The notes beneath the pieces are model-generated. The model had not been told where the DNA came from and did not search any database. It saw nothing but the letters and a program-made list of their open reading frames with translations. Below are positions 48,786 through 61,033 of a stretch of 64,000 nucleotides of DNA, piece after piece; position 1 is the stretch's first letter, and every line of letters starts with the position of its first letter. The stretch lies in the NCBI GenBank assembly GCA_951804945.1, contig OX638158.1, positions 17,112,001 to 17,176,000 on the forward strand, in the 5' to 3' direction. This stretch comes from Podarcis cretensis. Taxonomy: Eukaryota. Made by a program: the position numbers and the translations under genes.

Positions 48786-50772
48786 GTTGTCCATCCCCAA
48801 AAGGTCGGAGTTCCTGCACCTCTTTTTCTAGAAAAAAAGCACTGTGTGTGTGTGTCATCTCAGGCCACTTTCAGGTGTGCCTCCTTGCTCTCCTGCCCTG
48901 TCCCCTGGGCACACCTTAGCCTTTTGCATGGACTGAGGACAGCTCCAGCAATTCCCCAAGGTACCAAAGGAGAATGGGTAGTTCAGGGAGTTTTTTTAAA
49001 AAAAAAAAAAAAAAGAAGAAGCAGGGAGGAAGGGAGGGAAGGCAAAAAATAAAGTAAAAGGGCTTCTCCACTTTAAAGCCTTTGGATCAGCAAATTCTGC
49101 CTAAAACAGGGAGGATAAGTCACAAAACCTCCAGAGCCAGTATCTGTACTTAGCCTGAGGAAAGCTAAAGTTGCGGGACGCTTTGCAACAAGGAAATCAC
49201 TATGGTAAAGAATTTAGGAGTTACTAAAGAGGGAGTAGTTGTCAATAGAAAATGATATCTGTAGTTGTGAGCTGATTGTGCCAATTTCCACCTCCACCTG
49301 CCACCTTTTTGTAATTGGCCCTGTCCCTGCACCACCATGGACTCAGCTACATTAGTCAGAAAACAGCATTTTAAATGCATTGTAAACAAACAACACCAGA
49401 TGGTGCTGTAGAGCATAGAACTTTTCTATGAGATTTTACATAGGGTTTTTTCCCTTTGTTACAACAATTTAATTTATGACTTATTTATAGTGGGGATTTT
49501 CCTGTGTGTACATCCACCCCATCTTGCGATGGGCAGTGCTCAGTAATTTTCATCTCTCTCAAACGGATCGTGGGGATAGAAAGTTTGTGAACTCCTTCTC
49601 TGCAGCATTAAAATCAGAGGTATTATTTTCTGGCCGCACAGAAACTACAGAAAAAAAGTTAAGAGAAATGTCTTCAATGTCTAATGTCCTTTTTCCCATC
49701 ACTGTAGGTCACCCACTGGCAATGGAATTTATTTCCATGGCTCCAAGGACAGTAATGGTTCAAAAATAACTTCCCATACTAGAAGAAATTGTGTTTGGCT
49801 TTGGCATTCTTTCAGTTTTAATAGCAACTTTAGAAATAACTCAAGAATATGGGCAGACCAAAGCAGCAAACTTAACATAATTCATTTATAGCAAGGGAAA
49901 CTGAGCATAAACACATGGTTTCATTAGGAGACCATGGCCTAGATCACACAAATGGCAGATTGCTAATGGGGAGCTGAGGACGACTGTTTCCCCAATAAAA
50001 TAACAGTAATATCCACCTTCTAAAGAAACTACCCCAGAACTTCCTGACATCCAACAATGCCCTGCTCCCAGAACCAGCGTGGTGTCCCCTTCCCACAATT
50101 CAAGTGGGAAAGGGGCTATTGAGAGGCCCATTTTGAGAATTCACACATTTTTTTTGCCACAACTTCCTTCATATAGGTGTATTCCTCCAAGAATTGTTGG
50201 CATCCGTCTTTCTGAGCATTCGGGGGTGAAGTCAAACGGCTACGTTAGCAGCACCGAAGTGACCTCTCTGAGGCGCAAGTCTGGACAGGATGAATGGAGG
50301 TCCTGGGCTGCCCAAATGACCAGACACACACACCCCTCTCAACCTTGTTGATGTGTGCAAAGATAAGCAGGGCAATATGTTTGGCACCAGCTTGGCTGCA
50401 GGAGTTGCCAGGAGGAGGTGTACAAGGCCTTAGGGACTCCACTCCAGGTGTTAGGGCCAGGGTAGTACCTCTGAGGAGGGACATATCCTGCTCCTTCTGG
50501 GGTCGTTTGTGCACCACTGATCTCCACCTTGCATTCAGCTCCTTGCATCAGTGGCTGTAGAAGCTGTCAGCACATGACATTGGCCACACCCTCAGGAAAC
50601 TGCTTCCCTAGAATATTGTTGTGTTCAGTTCAGTCCCTTTCTTGTTTTTCCAATCTTAAATTCAGCTCTCCACATTTCCACATCAATTCCCAATTTTAAA
50701 GAAAAGCCATAAGCCTTCCTGTGCAAATTTCTCCTAATAAAAAACTCTTTGCCAGGCATTTTGATTAACACA

Positions 50773-51023
50773 CAGTCATACCTTGGAAGTCGAACAGAAT
50801 CCATTCCGGAAGTCCGTTCGACTTCCAAAACATTCAGAAGCCAAGTTGCAGCTTCTGATTGGCTGCAGGAAGCTCCTGCAGCCAATCGGAAGCCATGGAA
50901 GCCCCGTCAGACATTCGGGTTCCAAAAGAACATTTGCAAACCGGAACAATCACTTCCAGGTTTGTGGCGTTCGGGCGCCAAAACGTCCGAGTTCCAGGGC
51001 GTTCAGGATCCAAGGTACGACTG
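50773..51023. mobile_element. Tc1/mariner-type MITE, related family
   Basis: cagtcataccttgga...tccaaggtacgactg|TA; internal palindrome gattggctgcaggaagctcctgcagccaatc. Confidence 0.8.
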
Positions 51024-51640
51024 TACATATTTTTGCAAACAATTCCCCCTAACATGATACAGTTTTGTTTGTTGTTTTCACTAATATATGCATTTTGACA
51101 CTCTCATTCCTCCGGTATGCAGTTTTGTACACATTTTTTGGTTGGAAAATTGTACTGCAAAATCTTGAGGACTATGAGGCACACCCCACCAAAAATTGTC
51201 TAAACTAAAGTATGAATTAAACATGACTTTTCAGGAGCAGACGACAGCCTTTCCCACAAGTTTCTGTTCAGCAAAGGCTGTGCTCTTCAGGCATTACAGC
51301 AAATTACCCTCAGCTGATGCCCAACAGTCCGAATAAACAAGCTCGCTTCTTTTTATTACATCAGTCGTTTTGCCAAGCTGAGCCTTTTTATTGCAAGCCT
51401 CATGGTACTGGGAGGTTTGCTTCAAGCTTCAGCATTCATGGTCAGAAACCCCAACTTTTGTTTAAAAAATAAATATGCACACACATAAGACGTTTCTGAG
51501 TCTTGTGGTTTCTTTTTTCTGGAGAAAAGATCAAAAGCATAGCCTGCATGTACACTAAGGACTAAAGATCAGAAGGCCAATGAAAGGAATCCCAGCATCT
51601 CTGCCTGCGGAAAGTTTGCTTGCTAAGGAGAGAGGTTTTT

Positions 51641-52006
51641 AGGGTGGCAGTGTGAGTTAAACCACTGTGGGCTTGCCAATAGAAAGGTCGGCAGTTCAAA
51701 TCCCCGCAACAGGGTGAGCTCCCGTTGCTCGGTCCCAGCTCCTGCCAACCTAGCAGTTCGAAAGCATGTCAATGTGCAAGTAGATAAATAGGTACCGCTT
51801 TGGTGGGAAGGTAAACGGCATTTCTGTGTGCTGCTCTGGTTTTGCCAGAAGCGGCTTAGTCATGTTGGCCACATGACCTGGAAAAACTGTCAGCGGAAGC
51901 GGACAAACGCCGGCTCCCTCAGCCTTTAAAGAGAGATGAGCGTCGCAACCCCAGAGTCGTTCGCGACTGGACGTCATTGTCAGGGGTCCCTTTACCTTTA
52001 CCTTTA
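51641..52006 (+). mobile_element. Sauria SINE
   Basis: Same family core (cccgttgctcggtcccagctcctgccaacctagcagttcgaaagca) and (ACCTTT)n tail. Confidence 0.88.
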
Positions 52007-53829
52007 TAACAGGAGTTGACGCAGCCACAGTCCCTCCTTCCCATTTTCTCCCTGGTTCTGTCCTTCACTTCCTCACTCCTGCTTGCTGTGTGGCACGCAT
52101 GGAGCCCTGATCAATCACAGCAGCGTTGGGGGAGGAATAGAAGACAGGGGCAAGGAAGGAACTGCCATGAGAAGTTGCTGCAGCCTTGGCTTTTGCCACA
52201 CTGTGGAAAACATATATACTAAATGTTCTCTCCTGCTTTGAATCAGGCAATCCTAGCCCTCAGGGAGCCTGAGCTGCAGAGAACGACCTCATAACCTTGA
52301 TCTAAGTTTGGTTGCTCTCAGGTCTAGCCTGGGCCCTGAAAGACAGGAAGACGCGGGCTCCTTGCTCCATGGTGGCTGCACAGACACTTAGCATTTATAA
52401 GTTGCAGAGCCGCAGTGCTCAACATGGAAGGAGCCAAATGGCATCTTTGCCCACCAGAGAGCAAGTGTTGTGAAGGGTCGGACCTTGAAAATCCTGGCCA
52501 CCAGCAGGGACTGGCTCCCTTTTAACCCGCCATCTTTTGAACGGACGTGAAATGGAACAGCTTGCCTCCCTCACAGAGCCAGAGTGCGCAAGAGGTATTT
52601 TGCTTTGTTTTAATTTTGAACGCACGCACTGTCTGTAAGGGGATTCTCCAGCCTGACTAACAGTCAAGATTCATTAGACCCTCTGTGATGGTTTTCTCCG
52701 GCTTGCGGGTACGTGATTAATCTCAGATGTTTCTCAGCCTGAGTAAAACCATACTCTGTTGACCCCACCGCAGTACAGTTGGAGGAAGCGGGAGGTGGGT
52801 GGGGGTGGGAGAGAAAAGTAATTTTGACAAAGAAATCTTAAAAATGTATCTCCAGTGTAAGACAGATGCAGAGGATAAAGGAACTCTGGGGGGATTAAAA
52901 TATTTTGGCTTAATTTAGAAAGAGGCTCCATTCTTGGATGAGCAAAATCGGTCCATTTAGGGTCCTTCTAATCCTATTTGCATATAACAACGAACCTGTC
53001 TGAATTATATCTGCAGAGAACAGAACTGACCTGTGGCATTTTCCTCAACAAAGAAGAGCAAACATATGTATGTGAATATGTATTCCAAATACAACAACTC
53101 AGTGGCTGTGCAGTCGTTGTGCTGCATGGTTCATCCTGCTTGGAAACATTTAAGTAGAGGGATTTCAACTCCCTCTAGCAAAGCCTTAAAAGCAAAGCAA
53201 GGCAAGGTCTGCTCAGTTCTCCCACACGCTTATCACTTGTGAGCTGAACCGCTGATTATAGGCCTATGATGAGAGGACTAACTTTGTCCAGAAAAAAATG
53301 CAACCTTTATCTCCTTAAACAGGGCATTTGCTTTGAAGCAGCCCCTTCATTGCCTTTGTTTCTTGTTGGAATGCACTCCGCAAAAACTGAGATGAACCCT
53401 AGATAAAGGGTGATGTGGATTAGTGGCTGCAGCATTAGACTAAGAGCCAAACTAGACAGGATGGCGGAAACTTCGTCACTGTCACAGTTATATTGGCTCT
53501 GGGACACGAGAACTCAGAATTTCATTGTACGTCTTCCACTCTCCTCAGTTTCAGTTTCCCTATTTGTAAAGCAACACTGCCTTATTCCTTTGTAACTCCA
53601 GCTGAGTACTACTGTAGTAGCGAAAGAAGCAGAGCTGAAATATTAATTAAGGCATTCCAAAACTGAGCCATCAAAGGCTATGGAATGCTTTAAATGTTGG
53701 GTTAAACTTCACCTGACTTCAGGACATTTTACTGCCTGGCTCAGGGAGGGGAGATTGAACAAAGCACCCCCCCCCCATGCAGCCAGGGCAATTGCCCCAG
53801 AAGACCCTCCACATGCTACGCCCCTGACA

Positions 53830-54400
53830 AAAGTATAATGTCCAGATCAAGGGAAATAATAGTCCCACTCTATTCTGCCTTGGTCAGATCACACCTGGAA
53901 TACTGTGTCCAATTCTGGGCACCACAATTTAAGAAGGATGTAGACAAGCTGGAATGTGTGCAAAGGAGAGTGACCAAGATGATCAAGGGTCTGGAAACCA
54001 AGCCTTAAGAGGAGCGGTTGAAGGAGCTGGGTATGTTTAGCATGGAAAAGAGGAGACTGAGAGGAGATATGATGGCCATCTTCAAATATCTCAAGGGCTG
54101 TCACATGGAGGAGGGAACAAGCTTGTTTTCTCCTGCTCTGGAGGGTAGGTTTCGAACCAATGGCTTCAAGTTAGAAGAAAGGAGATTCTGACTAAACATC
54201 AGGAAAAACTTCCTGACAGTAAGAACTGTTCAATAGTGGAATGGACTCCCTCAGGAGGTTGTGGACTCTCCTTCCCTGGAGATTGTTAAGGAGAAGATGG
54301 ATGGCCATCTGCCATGGATGCTTTAGCTGAGATTCCTGCCTTGCAGAGGGTTGAATTGGGAGGACCCTCAGGGTCCCTTCCAATTCCAAAATTCTATGAT
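53830..54400 (+). mobile_element. CR1 LINE 3' fragment, decayed
   Basis: cccactctattctgccttggtcag...ctggaatactgtgtcca; in-frame stops; attctatg tail. Confidence 0.9.
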
Positions 54401-54687
54401 ACCAGAACGGTTAACAGCTCTACAGTATCCTATTTGGGGTAAGGCAACCAGAACTGTACACAGTAGTCCAAGTGTTCCTGCAAAGGTTTGTAGAAAGGCA
54501 TAATGGTAGCTCACAGTTTTATTCTTAATCCCTGTTGAAGACAAAATGCTGGATTAGATAAACTGTTAATCCAATCCTGCAAGGCAATGATAAGAGCATC
54601 TGGGTGCCCATGTCCAAGATAGGACTTTATTTGCCTTTATCTGATACTTGGCTCAGACCACCTCTATTTGATCAATATACTGGCCCT

Positions 54688-55711
54688 CAGGGCCGTCTTA
54701 ACCATTGGCGCTAGGGGTGCATGGCACCTGGGTGTCGGGCTCTCAGGGGTGCCAGGCTGAGAGTCCGGGGCTGAGCGTTGGAGTCTGGGGAAGAGCTGCC
54801 GACAGCCGAGCGGAGCAGATCCCATCGGAGTGCCGCAGGCAGCTCTTCCCTAGACTCGACTGCTCACCCCCAAACTCACGCTGAGCCACCGCTCTGCTCC
54901 GCTTGGCTGTCAGTTCTTGCCCCAGCTGCATGGTGGCTGTTTCAGTTCGGAGCACCGTGTAACATTGTGGGTGCTGCACGACACATCCTGTTGCATGCGC
55001 CGAGCTGTGGGTTCCTTTGGTGGCTTTTCCGCTGTCGGCGCACACTCCCAGCACCACCCAACGTGGGGTGCCAGCGCAGAATGATGGGGAATGCAAGTGG
55101 CAGCAGAGGAAACATCTCCGGATGGGATCCACTGCATGTCAACAATGCCAACGGCAGCAACAAAACCCGACGACTACGAGTGCGGGGATCACCTCCAGAG
55201 AACTCTCCTCCACTGTCGCTTGCATTCCCCGCCGTTCTGTGCTGGCAGCCCACATTGGGCGGCTCTGGGAGCATGCACCGACAGTGGAAAAGTCAGCAAA
55301 GGAACCTGCAGCTCGGCACACACAACAGGATGCATTGCGCAGCACCCACAATGTTACATGGCGTGCAGGGCGCTGCGCATGAAGCCAAAACAGTTAGCTG
55401 CCATGCAGCTGAGGGGGAGGCAGCGGGTGGACAGCGCGGCGACTGTGCCACCCGACATTTTGCCCCTCCCAGCATGGAACCTGCACCCACCTTCGTATGC
55501 CCCTGTGCGTGGGGCACTGGCACCCCTGTTGGTTGGCACTGTGAGTCCCTGTGTCCCGCAACCATTCTAAAGGTAAACATCTATTTCCTAAAACAAAAGG
55601 TCAACAACTTTGGGGGTTCCCTCCCTTAAAAAAGGTTGACAATTCTGGGCAACCTAGGGGCGCCGGGCGGATCTTTGTACCCCAGCACCTCATATGCTTA
55701 AGATGGCCCTG
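54688..55711. mobile_element. GC-rich non-autonomous DNA transposon (hAT-like TIR) with long internal inverted repeat
   Basis: TIR cagggccgtcttaa / ttaagatggccctg; internal arms ~54925-55140 and ~55170-55410. TSD not evident. Confidence 0.7.
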
Positions 55712-57429
55712 GAAGGCTTTCTGGCAATGTTGTCTACTATCTCACTGTATTCTCATTCCACAAAGTTGTTCTTCATTTAGAATAAATGTTATTTTAAAGA
55801 AGATTAATAAATGCAGAGTTCCAAAAGCACACATACAACAGAATTCCTGCCACTAACTCTTCCTGCTGTGTGCTGAGAAAGAAGACGGGCAAATCCTGAC
55901 CACTATGGCATTCTGCTCTCCGCCTCTGAATTCCCGTGACCGGCAGGACCAACCAAGCTTGGAGTGTTTATGTCACGTTTTTAAAATCCATTAAAAGTGT
56001 GGATTTGTGGTCAGTTTGCATGCTTTGGATGTTGTACACGGATCTTTTGTTTCTTGACATACGCCGCCCCGCTCTCCACCCTGAACCATTTATGAAAACA
56101 AGATGTTGAGGCATTCTGGATTTCTTGGCAAAACTCATTTAAATAAGCATCTCACATAATTTCAGAAGCAAAGGTCAGGGGCAAAGGAGGCATGGCCCCA
56201 TGTGTCATAACGCAGGTTGTCTCAATTTCCCACAATGTGGAAGGGTGGGGGTCAATTTAAGGTGCAGCACAAGGGAAGCAAAGAGGGGGGCAATCAACCT
56301 TCCTCTGCAAATGATGTCGTCCCCCCCAAAAACCCTCCACCCCCCAGCCATCTCCCACTGGGGGTTACTTCTAGGCTCAGTACCCCACTGGGATAAAAAG
56401 GAGCTGAAACGAAGTGGTTTCTGGGAAAGGGAGGAAACATGGGCAGTGGAAGTTTTCAGCACCTCTCCCAATTCAAGTCATTGATGAGGATGAGGATGAG
56501 GATGAGGATGATGATGATTTATTATTTATACCCCACCCATCTGGCTGAGTTTCCCCAGCCACTCTGGGCGGATGCCAACAAAATATTAAAAACACAATAA
56601 AACACCAAACATTAAAAACTTCCCTAAGCAGGGCTGCCTTCAGATGTCTTCTAAAAGTCAGATAGTTGTTTATTCCCTTGACATCTGCTGAGAGGGCGTT
56701 CCACAGGGTGGGCGCCACTACCAAGAAGGCCCTCTGCCTGGTTCCCTGTAACCTCACTTCTCACAATGAATCATAGAATCATAGAGTTGGAAGAGACCAC
56801 AAGGGCCATCGAGTCCAACCCCCTGCCAAGCAGGAAACACCATCAGAGCACTCCTGACATATGGTTGTCAAGCCTCTGCTTAAAGACCTCCAAAGAAGTG
56901 AGACTCCACCACACTCCTTGGCAGCAAATTCCACTGTCGAACAGCTCTTACTGTCAGGAAGTTCTTCCTAATGTTTAGGTGGAATCTTTTTTCTTGTAGT
57001 TTGGAACCATTGCTCCGTGTCCGCTTCTCTGGAGCAGCAGAAAACAGCCTTTCTCCCTCCTCTATGTGACATCCTTTTATATATTTGAACATGGCTATCA
57101 TATCACCCCTTAACCTCCTCTTCTCCAGGCTAAACATGCCCAGCTCCCTTAGCCGTTCCTCATAAGGCATCACTTCCAGGCCTTTGACCATTTTGGTTGC
57201 CCTCCTCTGGACACGTCCCAGTTTGTCAGTGTCCTTCTTGAACTGTGGTGCCCAGAACTGGACACAGTATTCCAGGTGAGGTCTGACCAGAGCAGAATAC
57301 AGTGGCACTATTACTTCCCTTGATCTAGATGCTATACTCCTATTGATGCAGCCCAGAATTGCATTGGCTTTTTTAGCTGCCGCGTCACACTGTTGGCTCA
57401 TGTCAAGTTTGTGGTCAACCAAGACTCCT

Positions 57430-57467
57430 GTATCTGAAGAAGTGTGCATGCACACGAAAGCTCATAC
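57430..57467 (+). ncRNA. Minimal type I hammerhead ribozyme (Penelope-associated), antisense to CALD1
   Basis: gtat ctgaaga a gtgtgcatgcacac gaaa gc tc atac; identical to the 33622-33659 motif. Confidence 0.75.
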
Positions 57468-57556
57468 CAAGAACTAACTTAGTTGGTCTTTAAGGTGCTA
57501 CTGGAAGGAATTTTTTTTGTTTTGACTATGGCAGACCAACACGGCTACCTATCTGT
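57430..57556 (+). mobile_element. Penelope-like element remnant inserted in CR1
   Basis: Same sequence family as the 33553-33777 element. TSD aaccaagactcct at 57417-57429 and 57557-57569. Interrupts the CR1 ORF. Confidence 0.75.
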
Positions 57557-58344
57557 AACCAAGACTCCTAGATCCTTTTCACATGTACTGCTCTCAAGCC
57601 AGGTGTCACCCATCTTGTATTTGTGCCTCTCATTTTTTTTTGCCCAAGTGCAATACTTTACATTTCTCCCTGTTAAAATTCATCTTGTTTGTTTTGGCCC
57701 AGTTCTCTAATCTGTCAAGGTCGTTTTGAAGTGTGATCCTGTCCTCTGGGGTGTCCTCTGGGAATCCTGTCCTCTGAGGGAACCACCAAAAGACCCTCGG
57801 TGCTGGACCTCAGTGTCCGGGCAAAACGATGGTGGAGACGCTCCTTCAGATATACTGGGCCGAGGCCGTCAAGGGCTTTAAAGGTCAGCACCAACACTTT
57901 GAATTGTGCTCGGAAACATAGCCAATGTAGGTCTTTCAGGACCGGGGTTATGTGGTTCTGGCGGCCACTCCCAGTCATCAGCCTAGCTGCCGCATTCTGG
58001 ATTAATTGCAGTTTCCGGGTCACCTTCAAAGGTAGCCCCATGTAGAGTGCATTGCAGTATCCAAGCGGGAGATAACCAGAGCATGCACTACTCAGGGGAG
58101 ACAGTCCATGGGCAGGGACACCATTTCCCAGGCTTCACCAAAGCAAGAAACACTTTTGAGTAGCGCTCATGCCTTAAAAATTAGGCCTCTGAAGCTGCTG
58201 AAGTCCTCTGTTCCACTGGACCCCCTTCTTCATCATAAGTGTAGTGGGGAAAGAAAGGGGCTTGGCGGCAAGGAAGACTGACTGTATGACTTCAGCCGGC
58301 ATTGCTGGAGCTGGGGGGAAGCCCATTACAAACCAGAGAAGCAA

Positions 58345-58520
58345 CATAGCTCATAGGTAGAGCTTCTGCCTTACAAACAGATGATCCCAGGTTCAATCCC
58401 CAGCACCTCCAGGCCAGGCTAGGAATTGTCTTGCTGTCTGAAACCCTAGAAAGTCACTGCCAGTCAGTGAAGGTAACACTGATCTAAATAGACCAGTGGC
58501 TCCAACTCAGCTTCCTATGC
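58345..58520 (+). mobile_element. tRNA-derived SINE
   Basis: Head tagctcataggtagagc...ggttcaatcccc, body ctgaaaccct...ctgccagtcagtg; related copies ~31280-31600. Confidence 0.6.
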
Positions 58521-58591
58521 TAGGCTCAAATGTTGGGGTGGGGGTGGGGGTTGGGCTTGCCTGGGGGTGGGTGTTTCAGAGACACATAGGC

Positions 58592-58935
58592 CATTCTGAA
58601 TGAGCGTCTCCACCCCCATCGTTCTGCCCAGACACTGAGATCCAGCGCCGAGGGACTTCTGGCAGTTCCCTCATTGTGAGAAGTGAGGTTACAGGGAACC
58701 AGACAGAGGGCCTTCTCAGTAGTGGTGCCTGCCCTGTGGAACACCCTCCCTTCAGATGTGAAGGAAATAAGCAGCTATCCTATCTTTAAAAGACAAATGA
58801 AGGCAGCCCTGTTCAGGGAAGTTTTTAATATTTAATGCTGTACTGTTTTTAACATTTGATTGGGAGCCGCCCAGAGTGGCTGGGGAGACTCAGCCAGATG
58901 GGCGGGGTATAAATAACAAATTATTATTATATTAT
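58592..58935 (+). mobile_element. L2 LINE 3' end
   Basis: Same family core and (ATT)n tail. Confidence 0.85.
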
Positions 58936-60337
58936 TTCAGTGCCACCACAAAACACGAAGCACCATTTAAATTGATTGTGGATCTATACGCATGAGATGC
59001 TCATAAACGATGAGAATAATATATATATATTTAATGCAGGTAAGCTTCCCGAGCACACGATGCCAGCATGCAGGAAGTCAAACAATGGGGAAACAATGAG
59101 GCACACAACCATCATTTGCAAACTGATAGTGGTGCTTATCTTCTATAACAGGGGTAATCAACATTGTTGGATTTCAACACCCAGCATTCCTGGCCATTGG
59201 CCATGCTGGCTGCTGCTGACTGGAGCTGGAGTCCCACGAAATCTAGAGGGCACCACATTGACCATCCCTGTCCTATGATCAAAACCTTAGATTCCAGACC
59301 CCACAATTCTGCACCTGACTACATTTAACACTCCTAAGGAAGGCTGAAATGTTTCGCCCAAGGCTCAGATATTTGAAAAAAAGCTTAGACCATCTTCAAC
59401 GAAAGGTGCTATTTAAGCTATGTGCCTCTTTTGCCTGACAGCGGAGCAGCTGGTATCCTAACGTCACATTTCATTTGAATCACGCCTGTTTCAAGAGTCA
59501 GTCTTGCTTTGAATCAAACTTCTCAAGGTTAGCTTAATGGTGGATGATGCATGACAGCTTTTCTCATCCCCAGAAAACAGCTTCAAAAGACCCAACAAGT
59601 GAATCTTTTATAATAATGAAGTGGGTATCTTAATAATGAGGTGAAAATCCTCTGTACTCTTTTTATTATAATGCTGACACATTTCCACAACAGTTTGCAA
59701 TTATTAAAAAGTCCTCATGAAATTCATCAGCATTTTGCTGCAGATTTCCACTAATATACACGATTATAGACAATTTTACATGCTAGTTTCACTAATATAT
59801 GTATATTTATGCATAGTATGTGCATTTTGGTACATGTTACTGGAGAACAGCACTGCAAACCTCAGAGAAGTGTGGATTTTGAAGACTGTTCCCTGTTGAT
59901 CTATTGTTCAGGAAAGAGCAAATTAGGTAGGTTCACCTTTAAATGCAAATGAAATAAAAATTTCTCCTGATTTATAGTCCAAAACATCTGGACTTGATGA
60001 AAGCTGCATTTGGAGACCCTTCATCATTCAAGAGGCTGATTCTGCTAATAGAGCAAATGTTTTGCACCTATGTCAAGAACCCAGTGTAATATATTAGAAT
60101 TATTCTGATTCTACCATTCAAAGCCATTGGATTTGCATGATGGAGAGGGGGAAATGTAGGTTTTCGCAGCACAGAATTTGAATTTTTCTTCTCATTAAGC
60201 AGAGTACAAATACCCATGAAAGGTCAGTTTTCCTACAATGGTTTGTTGCAATGCATTGTGTTTTTAAGTAAGAAAAGTGAGAACAAACAACAGTGCAAAA
60301 GTAGCACAAATTTCAAAAGCTCATCCATCATACTCAC

Positions 60338-60443
60338 ATCGACTCAGCTGGGTAAGCAGGTCAAAGCTGGTCAGTCGCGTGTCAAAGACTGAAGGCTTGA
60401 GGTTAGATGACAGAGATTGCTCTGCAGCCTGAGTAGGCTATCG
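60338..60443 (-). other. CALD1: Probable non-coding 5'UTR exon of CALD1 (106 nt)
   Basis: Strong acceptor ccttttctttccacag|CGATAG and donor TCGAT|gtgagt, no ATG. Lies 22 kb upstream of the first coding exon, consistent with CALD1 having non-coding exons before the ATG exon. Confidence 0.65.
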
Positions 60444-60666
60444 CTGTGGAAAGAAAAGGATTCAAGAGGTGAAGGATACAGTCCACACAGAGCATTTCTG
60501 TGTTATTGCACAACTCCCTTGAAGAGGGACAAAAGCAACATAACACTGTCATTTTACAGTCAGGAACTTTTGCAGAACAGACTTACTCCGGCAGCTGCAA
60601 TATAGATATAGGCTCCCCACACATAAGAGTGTGCAGGTGTGCAAGATTTCTGCTCACAGAAGAGAA

Positions 60667-60668
<2 letters not shown>

Positions 60669-60704
<36 letters not shown>

Positions 60705-61033
60705 TTATTATTTATACCCCACCCACTCTGGGCGGCTTCCAACACAATATTAAAATACAATAGTCCTTCAGATATTAAAAGCTTCCCTAAACAGGGCTGC
60801 CTTCAGATGTCTTCTAAAAGTCTGAGAGTTGTTTTTTCCTTTGACATCTGATATGAGGATGTTCCACAGGGCGGGCGTTGCTACTGAGAAGGCCCTCTGC
60901 CTGGTTCCCTGTAACCTCGCAGTGAGGGAACCGCCAGAAGGCCCTCAGAGCTGGACTTCAGTGTCTGGGCAGAACGATGGGGATGGAGACACTCCCTCAG
61001 GTATACTGGACTGAGGCTGTTTAGGGCTTTAAA
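60669..61033 (-). mobile_element. L2 LINE 3' end with (AAT)n tail
   Basis: Same family core. Confidence 0.85.

Larger units (their letters stand above)
56766..57755 (-). mobile_element. CR1 LINE 3' fragment (ORF2 C-terminus plus 3'UTR)
   Basis: ORF 56880-57455 ([18 protein letters not shown]...[13 protein letters not shown]); (ATTCTATG)n tail; inserted in L2 and itself interrupted by the Penelope-like fragment. Confidence 0.95.
56481..58117 (-). mobile_element. L2 LINE fragment split by CR1 (segments 56481-56765 and ~57775-58117)
   Basis: ORF 57715-58041 (KLQLIQNAAARL...HITPVLKDLHWL) continues into ORF 56473-56757 across the CR1. Confidence 0.9.

Noticed and set aside
54778-55629. 283-aa ORF as a gene or transposase
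   Set aside because: It lies in a GC-rich fold-back transposon, has no recognisable domain and starts at a non-ATG codon. Stop scarcity is explained by GC content.
58345-58420. tRNA gene (also SINE heads at 12958, ~31285 and the Sauria SINEs)
   Set aside because: Cloverleaf is degenerate and continues into a repeat body; these are SINE heads.
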